A stretch of 64,000 nt of DNA from Octopus bimaculoides (taxonomy: Eukaryota): assembly GCF_001194135.2 (NCBI RefSeq), contig NC_068982.1, positions 119,866,192 to 119,930,191 on the forward strand. The letters are read 5' to 3'. The first letter of the stretch is position 1. Every line of letters starts with the position of its first letter. The notes beneath the pieces are model-generated. The model had not been told where the DNA came from. It ran no database searches and saw nothing but the letters and a program-made list of their open reading frames with translations. The translations under genes were made by a program, and so were the position numbers. Of the stretch, positions 13,040 through 26,073 are shown one piece after another.

Positions 13040-16000
13040 TAACCTTCAGTTGAGGATAACCTGAAGCGATTCCCAGAAACATTTATTCTGTTTGCCCTGC
13101 AGTGATGTTTTCCAGTTTTACATGTCATAGTTGATGGACTTTGTTAATGTTGTTGATGGTTTATTCATATGCAGTGTCCCTAATATTCCAAAGTGATGTT
13201 TTCAATGAAACGCTTTTGATTAAACAGTCCATGTCATGCTAAGTTTATTTTCCCGTCTTTGATAAATGCTGGTTTAACAATTGCTGCTCTTTAAAATCTT
13301 GCATCCCTTTCCGACACTGCTGCTCCGCTCCTAGTAAACTATTATTATTTTCCGGGTGAGCTGTCATTATGCTATAGAATACAGATGTAACGAATTGTAT
13401 GTCGTTGCGAAACACATCATACGTCGGCAGTTTTGCAGAGCCTCTTGTGGTTATCTCTTTTCGGAATCAATATAGTTTTGCAATCTAGTAACAATTCTAG
13501 TGTTAACTCTGGTCCCTTTATAAATTCAGTGAATATTGTTAAAATAAATGAATAATAGTTACGTATTTCAACAAGTGTTTAGGATGCTTCGTTAATTCTG
13601 GGAACTTTCCGGCTGCTTGCAGTTTTACTACGTTAAATTCCTTGCTTGTTTTGCTCCGTCATGCTTGCTGCGTTATTGCAATTTCTTACACTATTTCCCT
13701 TCAAATCCATTCTGCATTTTGATTCTTTTGAATGCTGTTTTTCCATATTTTCATTCAATATGTTTTATCTGCTACCAATGCTGCTGCAGCATCAAGTTGT
13801 TTTCCATTCCTTTCTGTGTTTTTGCTTTGTATTTATTGCCTCCTCATAAACTGTTGGTATTGATTCAGATACATTGTTCTTCTGCAAGAAGAGGTCCATG
13901 CTTTCGAAATGTCTTACAAGTCTTTGTTGATAGGATCTTCTTATGTATTTCATTGTCGTCCAGGATACGTACGTTAGCATTGACGTCATATTTTCCGACA
14001 AAATCAAGCGTTTGCACTTTTAAATATATTATACCTCCCTCTTATCCATTTTGATATGTAATCCAACATTTCGTCGCTTTTTTTCTTTTATTTCTTGTTT
14101 CTTTTTCAAATTTTAAAGGGAATGTTCTCATTGTACGTTTTGTGAAGTTTAGTATTCAATAATATTAAGACTCCTAATTATCGAAGAAAACCGTTCATTG
14201 TGTTGGCACTGAAGTTTGTTTCTTTCGTAGAGCTACATATTTGAAATTACCTACGGTAACGATTTCTATTTATACAGGTTTGTTTGAATTTGTCCTTAAG
14301 AATTTCAATTTTTGTTTCTTACCGATAGATTTTCGAAAAAAAAACTTGTATCTTATTGTGCAGTGATAGATGTAATCGACTGATACCCGCCATCAAAATT
14401 ACTGTCGTAAATTGGACACCATCAATATTAGGGCACTGAATTGGCAGAATCACCGAAGCATCTGGAAAGCATGTTTCAGTGATTTCTTTGATATTTCTAA
14501 CCACATCAAATAGTTTTACCTTACGATGCACAACATACCTTTTCAACCCATAAATTTCAGATTTGATGGTATGGTATATTCTGCATTTAACAAACCTCTT
14601 CTGTTGTTTCTTCTCAGAAAACAGATTGCCTTGATAAAATCATCTCGATGTAGTTTTTATATCAAGCACCTTCTTTCGTATTCATTGGAGTGGAGAATTT
14701 CTCGCTCATTTCCTTTTCCATTACCTCATTATCCAAGAGCAACCACGGCTATATATACTCTTCATTATCCTTCAGCGATCTAGTTATCTTATCGTATATA
14801 TATCCTATCAGAGGTACTCTTTGGATTTCCCTTCATAACATCATAATTAAATTGTACACTTTTTCATTCCAAACTCTTACTAATATTCTCTTTATTGTTT
14901 TATTTTATCTTCGGTGTATAGTTTCAAATCATCATTGTTTATTAGGCTATATATTTTCTCCCTGGTCTTAGCAAGCTTTTAAGTAATTCTGGAATTTCAT
15001 ATTATTATTGTCAAAGTTATCATCACAATCATGAAAAGTAATCGAGAAGGCAAATTTTCCTGAAACATTACTCTATTAATTTTCCTAATTTTTTTCTTCC
15101 ACACTTTGCTTCTATTTCCTCCGATTTCAATATTTTTCTGGAAAAATTGCTATTTTTCTCATGGATTAAAGTGTCCTGACCCAATCCAAATGTAAGCTTC
15201 CTGGAATATTATTGTATGTTGTCTTATTTATTATTCGTACATCACATCTTGCAATTGATGGACAATATATCAGCAGTTCTCCTAGTCTTTTTTCAGTATT
15301 TTTTTCGATCTTTTTTCTTCCCCAGAAAGCTAAGCAATTTAATCGCTTTAAGAATAGTTAACCATTTCCCGCGCAATGATAGTAAGCATATAATAGGCCT
15401 GTATTTACTGGCCTTCCCTATCTTTCCCTTTATCTTTCCCTATTAGCACTCATTGTCTTTTCGATTATCAGACATTGCTATTGATCCATTTTCAATTCAA
15501 TCAATAGGATCGGTCTTAAATACTTATACTTAATTGTAAGATTTTAAGACTAGAATCCCGGACTACCATCAGATTCAGTAGCTTCCCAATTTGATTTTTG
15601 TGAAGCAGCTTTTCTAATGTTTTTCTCTATAATATTTATATTATTTTGTTTTTTTTACATCTTTTCTATATCTGTTTGAATCTCACGTGCATATTCTGCT
15701 TCTTTATTGTCTTTAATACTCTTGTTCTAATATATGAATGTTCCACAACGCTATAGTATTTTTAATATGATTCTCCTGATGTTCAGTTTCATTGTTTAGC
15801 TGTTGATAAAATTCTTTCTGGAAGCGCGGCTCTGCTGGTACTGATATGTTTTGCTTGTCTCGAGTATTTTTACATGACTCAACAGTCTGTAACATTCTTA
15901 TCTGTTTTTATATTTCATTCTGAAATTCTGTATTACTTTAATCTTTAGTCGTCTTACTTTATTTGCCTTCCATTTAGCTTTCCTAGATATCTTGAATTGC

Positions 16001-16600
16001 AACTACCTTTACTACCATGGGTCTTTGCAGCATTTTTCCCGCTCAACTTTTAATTCCATGAACTTTGACAGTAACTGTCGTTTACATCAGTTATATTCAC
16101 GGTTTTTGATTTTCCCTAATAGTTTATTCAGTCTCTATACTGTTTTCTGTAGTTTTTCACTTTCAAATAAATCCTCTTATAATTGATACCCACGTTCCGT
16201 TCCTAAAACCTGGCTCATTTTAAAGTTGAAGCAATTTTCTTCGTTTTCTATTATACCTTTTCTCTATATGAAGTAAAACATTATTACTCTCACTGATACG
16301 TGTTTTCTCCTATGATTCATTGATCGTTCTACTTCTACTGCTTGTTCCATTTCATCAACTGTGTATCCATACTTTTCATCACTCACTATTCTGTTCCACA
16401 AGCTTTAGTGAGTCATTACTTTCTTATGTTTTTTTTTTTTAAATATTTAGACATCTTTGTTTTGTGACACAGAAAATATCAATGTCTATCCATATTATTT
16501 CGTAGATATATTGCATCTATATTAAATTTGAGATGTTGATTCAGCATGCAGATTTTTGTTTTCTAATATTGTCGTGTACTTAGGTGTTCAATTTTGTATA
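13040..16600 (-). mobile_element. Heavily decayed near-full-length RLE-type (R4/Dong-like) LINE
   Basis: Minus-strand motifs in the expected order: QKEFYQQLNNE (~15.8 kb), SNWEATESDG (cf. NWKAPGPDG), KASKYRPIICL, HKRLCKTAD (CCHC region, ~13.45 kb), GILGTL (~13.2 kb); ends in a catacat-type tract. Confidence 0.65.
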
Positions 16601-17725
16601 TGCTTCAAACCGTTTGTAGTTTATCTATTGTGCTTGTAATTTTCACTAATTTCACGAAAAGCATTTATTAACTGGGAACTTTATTTCAATTGATAGGGTA
16701 AAACTTGCCTTTCATCTTTCCACTATTGATAAAATGGTATTGAATATTCCACTCCTTTAAAAAAACAAATTGACTTTTCCTTCTCGTTAATGAACGATTA
16801 CTATTCTCATAATTCTAAGTTCGTGGGTGTGACATATTAGTGACATGCCGAATAATTAAAGAGTTTGTGTATTAATTAGGTTGTAATAAATTCCGCCAAA
16901 ACAACTTTCAATTCTTTCCTTCCAGATTACATACTGGGCTTCATCGAAACTACACTCGTATTTTTCTACAGTATTCTAACCCTGTATTAATGTGGAAAGT
17001 CATTATCACCAGCGTCTTAATTATTCAGAGTTACGGTACAATATTTGCAAATAACGCTGAAATGTTAAATATTTTCTATTTGATTAACTCTTCTTATTTT
17101 GAGATATTCTATATGGTTCATTCTTCTATTATTAATTTCTTTGAACAGAAAATGTTTTTCTTCGTTGTTCAGGCGCTGCATTGAATTAAGTATAATGACT
17201 GATTGAGTTTGGTCGTTGGTTAAGGGAGATTAAGATCTTTGGAAAACGGCAATGGCGACATAGTTCTGGGTCGATATTAGTTGATGATACTTGAGAATCG
17301 TTACATAATTACTCTCTAATGATACACACATATTAATCATTAAGTTTAATCAAATGTATTCTTCTTTAACCGTGCAAAAACCTTTATTGTTTTTTTTTCC
17401 CTGAAAAAAAAAGAGATTGCTGAAATAATTTGGGAATTATTTCTTATTAAGAAATATATGTCCCTTATATAAGAACTATCAGATAATTATATATTTCGTT
17501 TGCAATCTGGAATTGTTTCTAACTTATATATCATACTTTAACATAGATGCATAAATGAATTCATAGATGCGCACGCTCGAATACACAAGCACACAAACAA
17601 ACACACACACACACACANNNNNNNNNNNNNNNNNNNNNNNNNNNNNNNNNNNNNNNNNNNNNNNNNNNNNNNNNNNNNNNNNNNNNNNNNNNNNNNNNNN
17701 NNNNNNNNNNNNNNNNNNNNNNNNN

Positions 17726-17765
<40 letters not shown>

Positions 17766-18236
17766 ATTCGTATTCATTTTTTTATAAGTTATAATTTCCT
17801 TTCGCAACAAGGAAACAAAGCAGGAAACTCGATAACAAAACTGTTACATGTTAAATGTTAGAAATGTCTTACATAGCTATACTGTTCCAGTCTAAAGATT
17901 GGGTTTGAAAAATACATGTCAGGAGATGACTTTGCTTGCCAACACTAAATACCATAAATCTTGTAAGTCTACATAGCGAAGAAGCAACATCCGGAACCAA
18001 ATGTGGTTTAATTTCATCATTTGTCCTAATCTCAACAACACTACAATGTTTAATAATTAACCTAAGGTAAATTTTTAGACACCTTGGATGATTTTATTTT
18101 ACTCTTTGTTCCGTTACGTTACGTATTTACTGAGGAACCTATTCGGAATTTTTTTTTTTAAATCACCAAACTTACATGTGTCCATGATACAAAATTTATC
18201 ATTTCTATTCCTGTGTCAATACTTCTTATATTCAAA

Positions 18237-18452
18237 GGCGGTGAGCTGCTACAATCGTTAGCACGCCGGGCGAAATGCTTAGCAGTATTTCGTCTGTTTT
18301 TACGTTCTGAGTTCTAATTCCGCCGAGGTCAACTTTGTCTTTCATCCTTTCGGGGTTGATAAATTAAGTACAAGTTGCGTACTGGAGGTCGATCCTATCG
18401 ACTGGCCCCGCTACAAAAATGTCGGACCGTGTGCCTAGCGTTGAAAAAAAAG
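18237..18452 (+). mobile_element. SINE subfamily A, first of a tandem pair
   Basis: A/B boxes and A tail (gtgcctagcgttgaaaaaaaaga); flanked by atacttctta(t/a)attcaa. Confidence 0.92.
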
Positions 18453-18470
18453 ATACTTCTTAAATTCAAA

Positions 18471-18676
18471 GGTGGTGAGCTGGCAGAATCGTTAGCACGC
18501 CGGGAAAAATGCTTAGCGGTATTTCGTCTGTCTTTACGTTCTGAGTTCAAATTCCACCGACGTCGAATTTGCCTTTCATTCTTTCGGAGTCGATAACTTA
18601 AGTACTAGTTGCGTACTGGGGACGATCTAATCGACTAGCCCCCTCCCTATAAAATTCGAGCTTTGAATATAAAAGA
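18471..18676 (+). mobile_element. SINE subfamily A, second of a tandem pair
   Basis: As above; followed by a third copy of the target (atacttctaaatttcaa, 18677-18693). Confidence 0.92.
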
Positions 18677-19611
18677 ATACTTCTAAATTTCAAGTAACAG
18701 AATTAGTCATATTTTTACTTTGAATCCAATGGACGTTTTCTCGTAGAAACGATTGAATTTCGGCGAAGAGGTAACAGAATTTACTAATATTAGAGCAATA
18801 TGTACAACGAAAGAGAAACTTCTATCGGCAAACATGAAACAAGGAACCGTATATCACATGGAAAGAAAACCCAGTATTTTAACCCAGTTGTCTATGGGGT
18901 GAAGTGCCTTTTACGTAAAATTTTACTATCATTGAATGATAACAAAGGAAAAAGTTATATCACTTATTTCCTAAATTGACTCTTCCGATAGTTGAAGATT
19001 TATTTACTATATTACAACGGTTACTTGATAGACGGAGTAAAGTTCAACATTATGGCATGATAGTTTAGTAGACTGAAGTGGTGCCCTGCCAGAGTCACGG
19101 GCGAAGTCAATCGATTGAATGTGGTGATAATAAAATACTGAAAATATATGAGTATGCGATATTTACAAAAGGTCAACAATCGATGATGCACTGAAAATAA
19201 AGCTTACTGAAATTTGCCATTAATATATCCGATGTCTTCTGATGGACGTATCACTGTCTCTCTTTTCATATACTTTATGAAAACCTGTCAGCTTAAACAT
19301 TCACATATACAGATAGAGTAGAAGAGACAAGAGACAGAGAGACAAATTACTAAAGATAGATAAATCGATATATCTTTGTATTCATACATATGATAATGTT
19401 GGTGTGCATTTGTTTATATACATTCACATATGTGTTCGTGTGTGTGCGCGTGAGTGCGTGCGTGCATGCATGTATATATAAACACATATGCATATGCATA
19501 CATGAGCTTATCCATTTCACACATGTATATATATATTGATATACGTATATGATCATATATATATATATATATATATTACGTGTGTGTGGGTAGGTGTGTG
19601 TACATACATAT

Positions 19612-19697
<86 letters not shown>

Positions 19698-20969
19698 TGG
19701 GGTGCGTGTATACGTGAACTTATTTATAAATGCATATGTATATGCACACACACACATATATATATAGATATGTAAATACATGTGTGTGTGCGTGTCTCTA
19801 TTGTCTCTTGTCTGTTGTTTGTTTGTTCTACTTCATCTGTTTCTCTTCTCCTTTCTCATACATACAAAATAGTTTTACAATGCTTAAGTGGCAGCAGGCG
19901 AGAAGGAGGTCAAATAAAGCCAATCGACCAATGAACTTTGTATTAAAAGAAATAAATCAAACGTTGAACGTTGAGTAAAATCTGATGCAAAAAAATCCCC
20001 CTCACCGCTTCGTATGAATGAGTCACCAACCTTATTGAAACCTACAAGATTGTTTTTAGATTTTAGCTTGTTCAAGATATAAATAAAAATGGGATATACA
20101 AATTTATATATCTGTCTACATATGATGACGCATCGCGGGTTCCAAATTTACACATACCTGAGCCATTGGAGATGCGTGTTACGTGATCATTAAATATCTA
20201 TAATACGCACACTACAGACTTAAACCTGATAATACGAAGAATATGATGCCAGAGATCCCCAAAAGACGCGTTGAACATAGTTTTCATGCTTATGATCATA
20301 TGTTTGTTCAATCAGATTTTGACCTTGACTCATACAAAAAATGTTGCAAGAAACACCAAAAGTGATGCCCGAGCTATGTTTATAGTGACAACCATCGGTT
20401 TGGCCACTACTTGAATTTCAAATCAACACGCAATGACATGTTTGGCAGTTTAGAGTCTGGTTTCTTATATTTTGTTTTCAGAATACCACTGACGTAACAT
20501 CTTTCATCATGTGGGGACGATATACCAGTTTGGTAGTGGAGTGGTGGAATCGTTATTGGGTTGTATGAGCTGCCTTAAATTATTCGTAGCAGCTCTTTGC
20601 TTTCAGAGTTCATTGTTGGAACGTTTAAATGCCTCTCGATTTAACACTCTGCTTGATCCTTAGGGTTTCTAGTGAAGTTCACTTTATTGCATGTATTCGA
20701 ACCAGTTCTACGATTTTGAAGAGACTTTCATCCACCCCACTTCTAATTACATCGTAGCCGCTGGAAAAGTACATGGACATTGCCTATTTTAGTTCGCATG
20801 CTTCGCTCATTAATTTGCTTAATCACGACTGAACTGTGGCTAAAGTAAACAACAGTAACAAATGATACTATGTTAAAGATATACTATGTATTACAAAAGA
20901 AAATAGAACAACAACATCACCTTCAAACCGTGATACTTAATAGACGTAAACCGAAATACAATAAAATTG

Positions 20970-21110
20970 TGTTGTTTCTGCTCGTCGCTATTCACTGCTG
21001 ACCGATCAGGCTTTCAAACTACGGCATTCCATTTTAACCATCACGTACTAACCATCAAGCACTACGTTATCCAATGCGACCTTTCTTTTCAAGTCAGGTC
21101 TCTCCGAATT
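20970..21110. mobile_element. Degenerate interspersed repeat fragment (related fragment at ~21478-21610)
   Basis: The two segments share weak colinear motifs (gcattcc..accat, ccaatg(c/t)g); family not identified. Confidence 0.3.
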
Positions 21111-21983
21111 TATAATGACCACCAGCATTTCATGCACAATTCAGTAGGGTAGATAATCCTATTTGCCGATTGCAACTGTATGTTAACAATCGAAACCATA
21201 ATTCTGCAATAGATTAGACTTTAAGATTTCGAAAGTTATCATAAATAATTCTTCAAACAGCAGTATGATGAGAACGTAGAAACTTTGGATTAAAGAACTT
21301 ACAGTATTCAAATTTTTCAGCTAGTATTCTGAAGTGAAATCCTTGTTGTATCCCTTAAATAGGATATTCCGTTATCCCCAAAATTAATTTCTGGTGAAGA
21401 ACTAGGGTCGAGTTGCTCTTGGAGAGCCATTTCCAGTGTTTGTATAAGAATTCATCAACACTGTCAGTATTATGTTGTTATTGTTTGGCCCCAGGTCTGC
21501 AGAGCTGTGATCAAAGCACTCGAACCGTGACCATACTGCCTGCTCTAGATCTAACCAATGTGTTCTAGCTTTGAGAATGGGACTAGGATATGATTTGAAG
21601 GATTTCAGTAACAATTTATAAAAAGTTGAGTGACCGTAAGTGTACAGGTATTCTCATTCTTTTGTTTCTCGCTTAATCAATTGTTCCGGTTTTTCTCAAA
21701 GATAATGTTTAAACGTTGTCGAAGATTGAAAATCTGTTTCAGATTATAATATAATATATTGCTGGTAACGATATGTAATTACCATAAAATCTATGTTAGA
21801 TGGAATAATTTGTACAAAGCCAAAGTAACTAGAGGTATGTCGTTACATCACGTTACATAAATTCATATCTCACTGAGGTCGACTTTGCTTTTCAACATTA
21901 CAGGTTCGATTTAAAGTGTACGTGAAATTTACACAAAGAAGCACCTTACACAAAAGTATTTGTCAATGTATCTATCTCAGGAT

Positions 21984-22302
21984 GGCGGCGAGCTGGCAGA
22001 AACGTTAGCACGCCGGGCGAAATGCTTAGCGGTATTTACGAAAATCCGCCGACATCCACTTTGCCTTTCATCCTTTTGGGGTCGATAAATTAAGTACCAG
22101 TTACGCACTGGGGTCGACGTAATCGACTTAATCCGTTTGTCTGTCTTTGTTTGTCCCCTCTGTNNNNNNNNNNTCATCCTTTTGGGGTCGATAAATTAAG
22201 TACCAGTTACGCACTGGGGTCGACGTAATCGACTTAATCCGTTTGTCTGTCTTTGTTTGTCCCCTCTGTGTGTGGCCCCTTTTGGGCAGTAAAGAAATAA
22301 GA
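21984..22302 (+). mobile_element. SINE head plus subfamily B body and tail (96 bp falsely duplicated across a 10-N gap)
   Basis: Head ggcggcgagctggcagaaacgttagc; tail cccctctgtgtgtggccccttttgggcagtaaagaaataaga; 22068-22163 repeated identically at 22174-22269. Confidence 0.88.
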
Positions 22303-22462
22303 ATTTCGTCGTCTTTACGTACTGAGTTCAAATTACGCCGAGGTCAACTTTTCCTTTCATCCTTCGGGGTCGATAAATTAAGTACCAGTTGCGTACTGGG
22401 GTCGATCTAATCGACTGGCCCCCTCTCCCAAAATTTCGGGTCTTGTGCCTAGAGTAGAAAAT
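22303..22462 (+). mobile_element. SINE subfamily A remainder (body and tail)
   Basis: Starts atttcgtcgtctttacg, ends cttgtgcctagagtagaaaata; 12-bp TSD aatgtatctatc at 21965-21976 and 22463-22474 encloses the whole composite. Confidence 0.9.
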
Positions 22463-23286
22463 AATGTATCTATCGTATGACTTTCTTTATAAATGTCATA
22501 GTAAACAGTAAAGATTCCAATTTCGCAAAAGAATTAGTTTTGATTAAAAGCATTACAATTGAGTTTGCTCAATGCTATTCCTGATAGACTTCTAAAATAA
22601 TACCCGTCATACACAGCATAGATTTAATGGACTTGATGCATTCCTTCGCAAAACCAGGTCACGTGTCTATCCAACAGCGATCAGAGCTCATATTTTCCCC
22701 CACTTTCCCTGTCAGGCCAATATTTTCTTTCTTTGCCATCCGCCTAATCTATACTTAATAATCCTTCCGTGATGCAAGCTCTATACAACTTCGAGACAGA
22801 TTAGATGTTTGGACTGGTTCACCATATGTGCACCACCCACATAACTATTTATGTTAGCGCAGTTTGGTATGTTAATAATATTTTAATAGACTATCTCGTT
22901 TTATTGTGCTTCAAACGGACATTTCCGATATCGAATATCACAGATAGATATACTATGTCTGATATTGTCAATTCAATGAACAAATGATATTGATGAGAAA
23001 GAATTGATATTATATTTCTTTCAGTACACATTTAGGTTGCCTTTATCAATACGATAGGATATCCACTTCCTATTTGATTCATGTATCGATCACGAATTAC
23101 TCACTATTGGTCTATTAATTCATGCATGCATGCAAGTTTATATACATACGTATATATGCGTACAGATGCGCTTGCACGTATATATANNNNNNNNNNNNNN
23201 NNNNNNNNNNNNNNNNNNNNNNNNNNNNNNNNNNNNNNNNNNNNNNNNNNNNNNNNNNNNNNNNNNNNNNNNNNNNNNNNNNNNNN

Positions 23287-23331
<45 letters not shown>

Positions 23332-24444
23332 CATTCACCCTCAATACATTTCTGATACTGCTATGCTATATTGAATAACGTGTTGTTTCGAAGCTATAAA
23401 ACTTGAAATAAAATTAAATATAACTACACCTAGACTCTGCAAAAGAATTTGCAGAGAACCAATGAAATATGAGTAAATTAACTTAAACGTTGACAGATAT
23501 TATTAGTTGAACGTGTAATGAAAGATGGCGGTTATGAATGTAAGTTACATAGAACAAAATCACATTGGCTAGATAAATCATGGATTATATACATACATAC
23601 AGAGGACCACACATATACATATGTGTGTGTGTCTAGGTATGTATGTATATACACGTATATATTTATACATACATACATGTATATATATATATATATATGT
23701 GTGTGTGTTGTGTATGTGTGTGTATAAATTCATACGTATTTATGAATGTATATGTCTCTTCCTATATATATGTGTGTGTATCTATATATATGTGTGTGTG
23801 TATGTGTGCAGATATGCACGCACACATACACACACAGACTCATACACATATATATTGAGAGAGAGAGGGAGAGGAGAAGGAGGAGAAGAGAGAGAAGACC
23901 AAAAATTATGCTTCAAAATATGAAATATTTTGTTTATATCTATTTGTTACGTTTTCTTTCTCTCAATATTTTTCTGAAGATAGATTGGTCCTTATGAGAA
24001 AGAATGCTTTAATATTTTACTTGTTTTTGTTAGTTCGTTTTTTCCCCATGTTTTTGCCATTATTTGTATTTATTGATTGTTATGTTGGTTGATATTGTTG
24101 CTGACATTGCAGTTAGAGTTATTTTATTTTTCATCATGATTTCTGTTTTTCACATGTAAATTCTGACTTTTTATTTGATGCTTGTATTTCCTTGTTATTG
24201 TTGTTGTTGCTGTTGTTTTTTATTGTTTTATTGTGTTTTTTTTTTGTGGTGTCGTTGGTTGCAGCGGTAACGTTATTGCCGATATTATTGTTGTTGTCTC
24301 ATCGTTTTGTGGTTTGCTTTTATATTTTATTTAAGAAAAGGAAAGCAAGTAGAAGTCAAGACTGTGTTATGAAAACCGTTCCCAGAACGTTCAAAACTGA
24401 GAATATTTGCTTCTGTGACTTTAATAGTTTTTCAATATTTTCAG

Positions 24445-24810
24445 TTTCTGAAATTCCGCTAACAATTGAATCCAATGACAGAGAAATTAAAAACGAAAAT
24501 TTAAATTCTGACAAAGAATACTTTTCGAATATGGCGTCAAAACTTCTAAGACATCTGTGGTGAATACAGCAGAGGAAATGGTAGGCTCCAAGCGATTCAA
24601 CACTACCATATGTATTTGATTACCCGTTAAAGTCAGTTCACTTCATCTTGTACTGTTAATGCTCTTCAGAAAGCATGATCCTAAAATATTTCATTTAAAT
24701 CATTTTACATTATATAACTACTTTCTTACAGGTGAATGGAAAACATTATATCATAATGCAGAATTATTATTGGGACTGTGGCGTTTCTTTGTACAGAAAC
24801 TATGATAATC
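24445..24810 (+). other. Possible exon-intron-exon structure
   Basis: tattttcag|24445..24580 (ends gaggaaATG)|gtaggc; 151-nt intron ending ctttcttacag|24732..24810|gtaact; spliced reading MVNGKHYIIMQNYYWDCGVSLYRNYDN, no recognisable homology. Confidence 0.2.
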
Positions 24811-24909
24811 GTAACTAGAAAATCGTCATCAAGTAGAGTGGTAAATAATTCTCCGACCGCAACATTACAAATGTTGTGTCACAGACGAATAAAAAGTAAA
24901 TCTGATTAG

Positions 24910-24938
24910 TTCTCTCTCTTTCTATCTCTCTATCTCCC

Positions 24939-24969
<31 letters not shown>

Positions 24970-25080
24970 CCCTCTCTCTCTTTCCTTCTCTCTCCTCTCT
25001 TGTTGTTTCCCTTTTTCTAACTATTTCTCTTTTTCTCCCGCTCTTTCTGTCTCTTTCACCATTCCCTTCTCTCTTTACAA
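24910..25080. repeat. Polypyrimidine (CT-rich) tract
   Basis: Directly visible. Confidence 0.9.
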
Positions 25081-25183
25081 CTGCTTTCCTCTCCGAACGA
25101 AAATTTTCGAACCATGCCTATCTAAACAAGCTCATTACTCCCGCTCAAACATCTGCTTTCTTTGTTTCTCATGTCCCATTCCA

Positions 25184-25424
25184 AATAAACCACACTGAAC
25201 ACGTTGACAAATAATTTATTCTAAGTGCTAAGAAGCTGAGAAACCCGCAAATCCCTAAGTGTTTATTGATGCTTTGCATTAGGCGAGATTGATTTTGATC
25301 GTCGCTCTGCTCGATCAAATCTCGCCTAATGCAAAGCATCAATAAACACTTAGGGATTTGCGGGTTTCTCAGCTTCTTAGCACTTAGAATAAATTATTTG
25401 TCAACGTGTTCAGTGTGGTTTATT
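25184..25424. repeat. Perfect 107-bp inverted repeat with 27-nt spacer
   Basis: 25184-25290 is the exact reverse complement of 25318-25424 (checked base by base). Confidence 0.97.
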
Positions 25425-26012
25425 GTATGTAGTACTAAGTTATCTATGTCCCTTGATTTTTAGCATTGCAGGGTGTTATCTGAGGGGTGCTTTCTATTGC
25501 AGTTCTATGGAAGGATATGACACACATGCATCAACCTAACTACAAAAGTTAGAAAGAACGAGAGAGCTTATATGTTCTCAGCCACAACACAGTGGTAAGT
25601 TCCACTGAACTCATTATTGTGTTGTGGCTAACTTAGAATTTCCACACAACAATGTAATCTTCATTAAGATAATCTCAGCCTGATGATTAGATATGTTGAT
25701 CAATGTTCATTGCATAACAATTGCATCATGTGCTTCAGCTTTTTACGAAACATATGTAGCGTACATTTTACATGTTCCGCTCACTCAATTTGGATTTTCT
25801 GTTCGCATTTTCGCAGTATTAGTTGCTAACAATGAACTGTATAGAAACTCGCAGCAACTTAGATACCGAGAAAAGTGTGTAACTCTATGCCAATAAATTA
25901 TTGTTGTTTCTTATCGTATACTGTTCACTTTTTGTTCTCTATACCAGCCACTTACTGCTTGAAGCTGAGAAACTTCCCACACTCGATTTCCCGAATCATA
26001 TTTGTATGTGAG

Positions 26013-26073
<61 letters not shown>

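Noticed and set aside
18237-18330. tRNA gene
   Set aside because: A/B boxes belong to SINE heads that continue into SINE bodies and tails with TSDs; no complete cloverleaf.
22068-22269. Exact 96-bp direct repeat within a SINE
   Set aside because: Identical sequence on both sides of a 10-N gap is the signature of unmerged overlapping contig ends.
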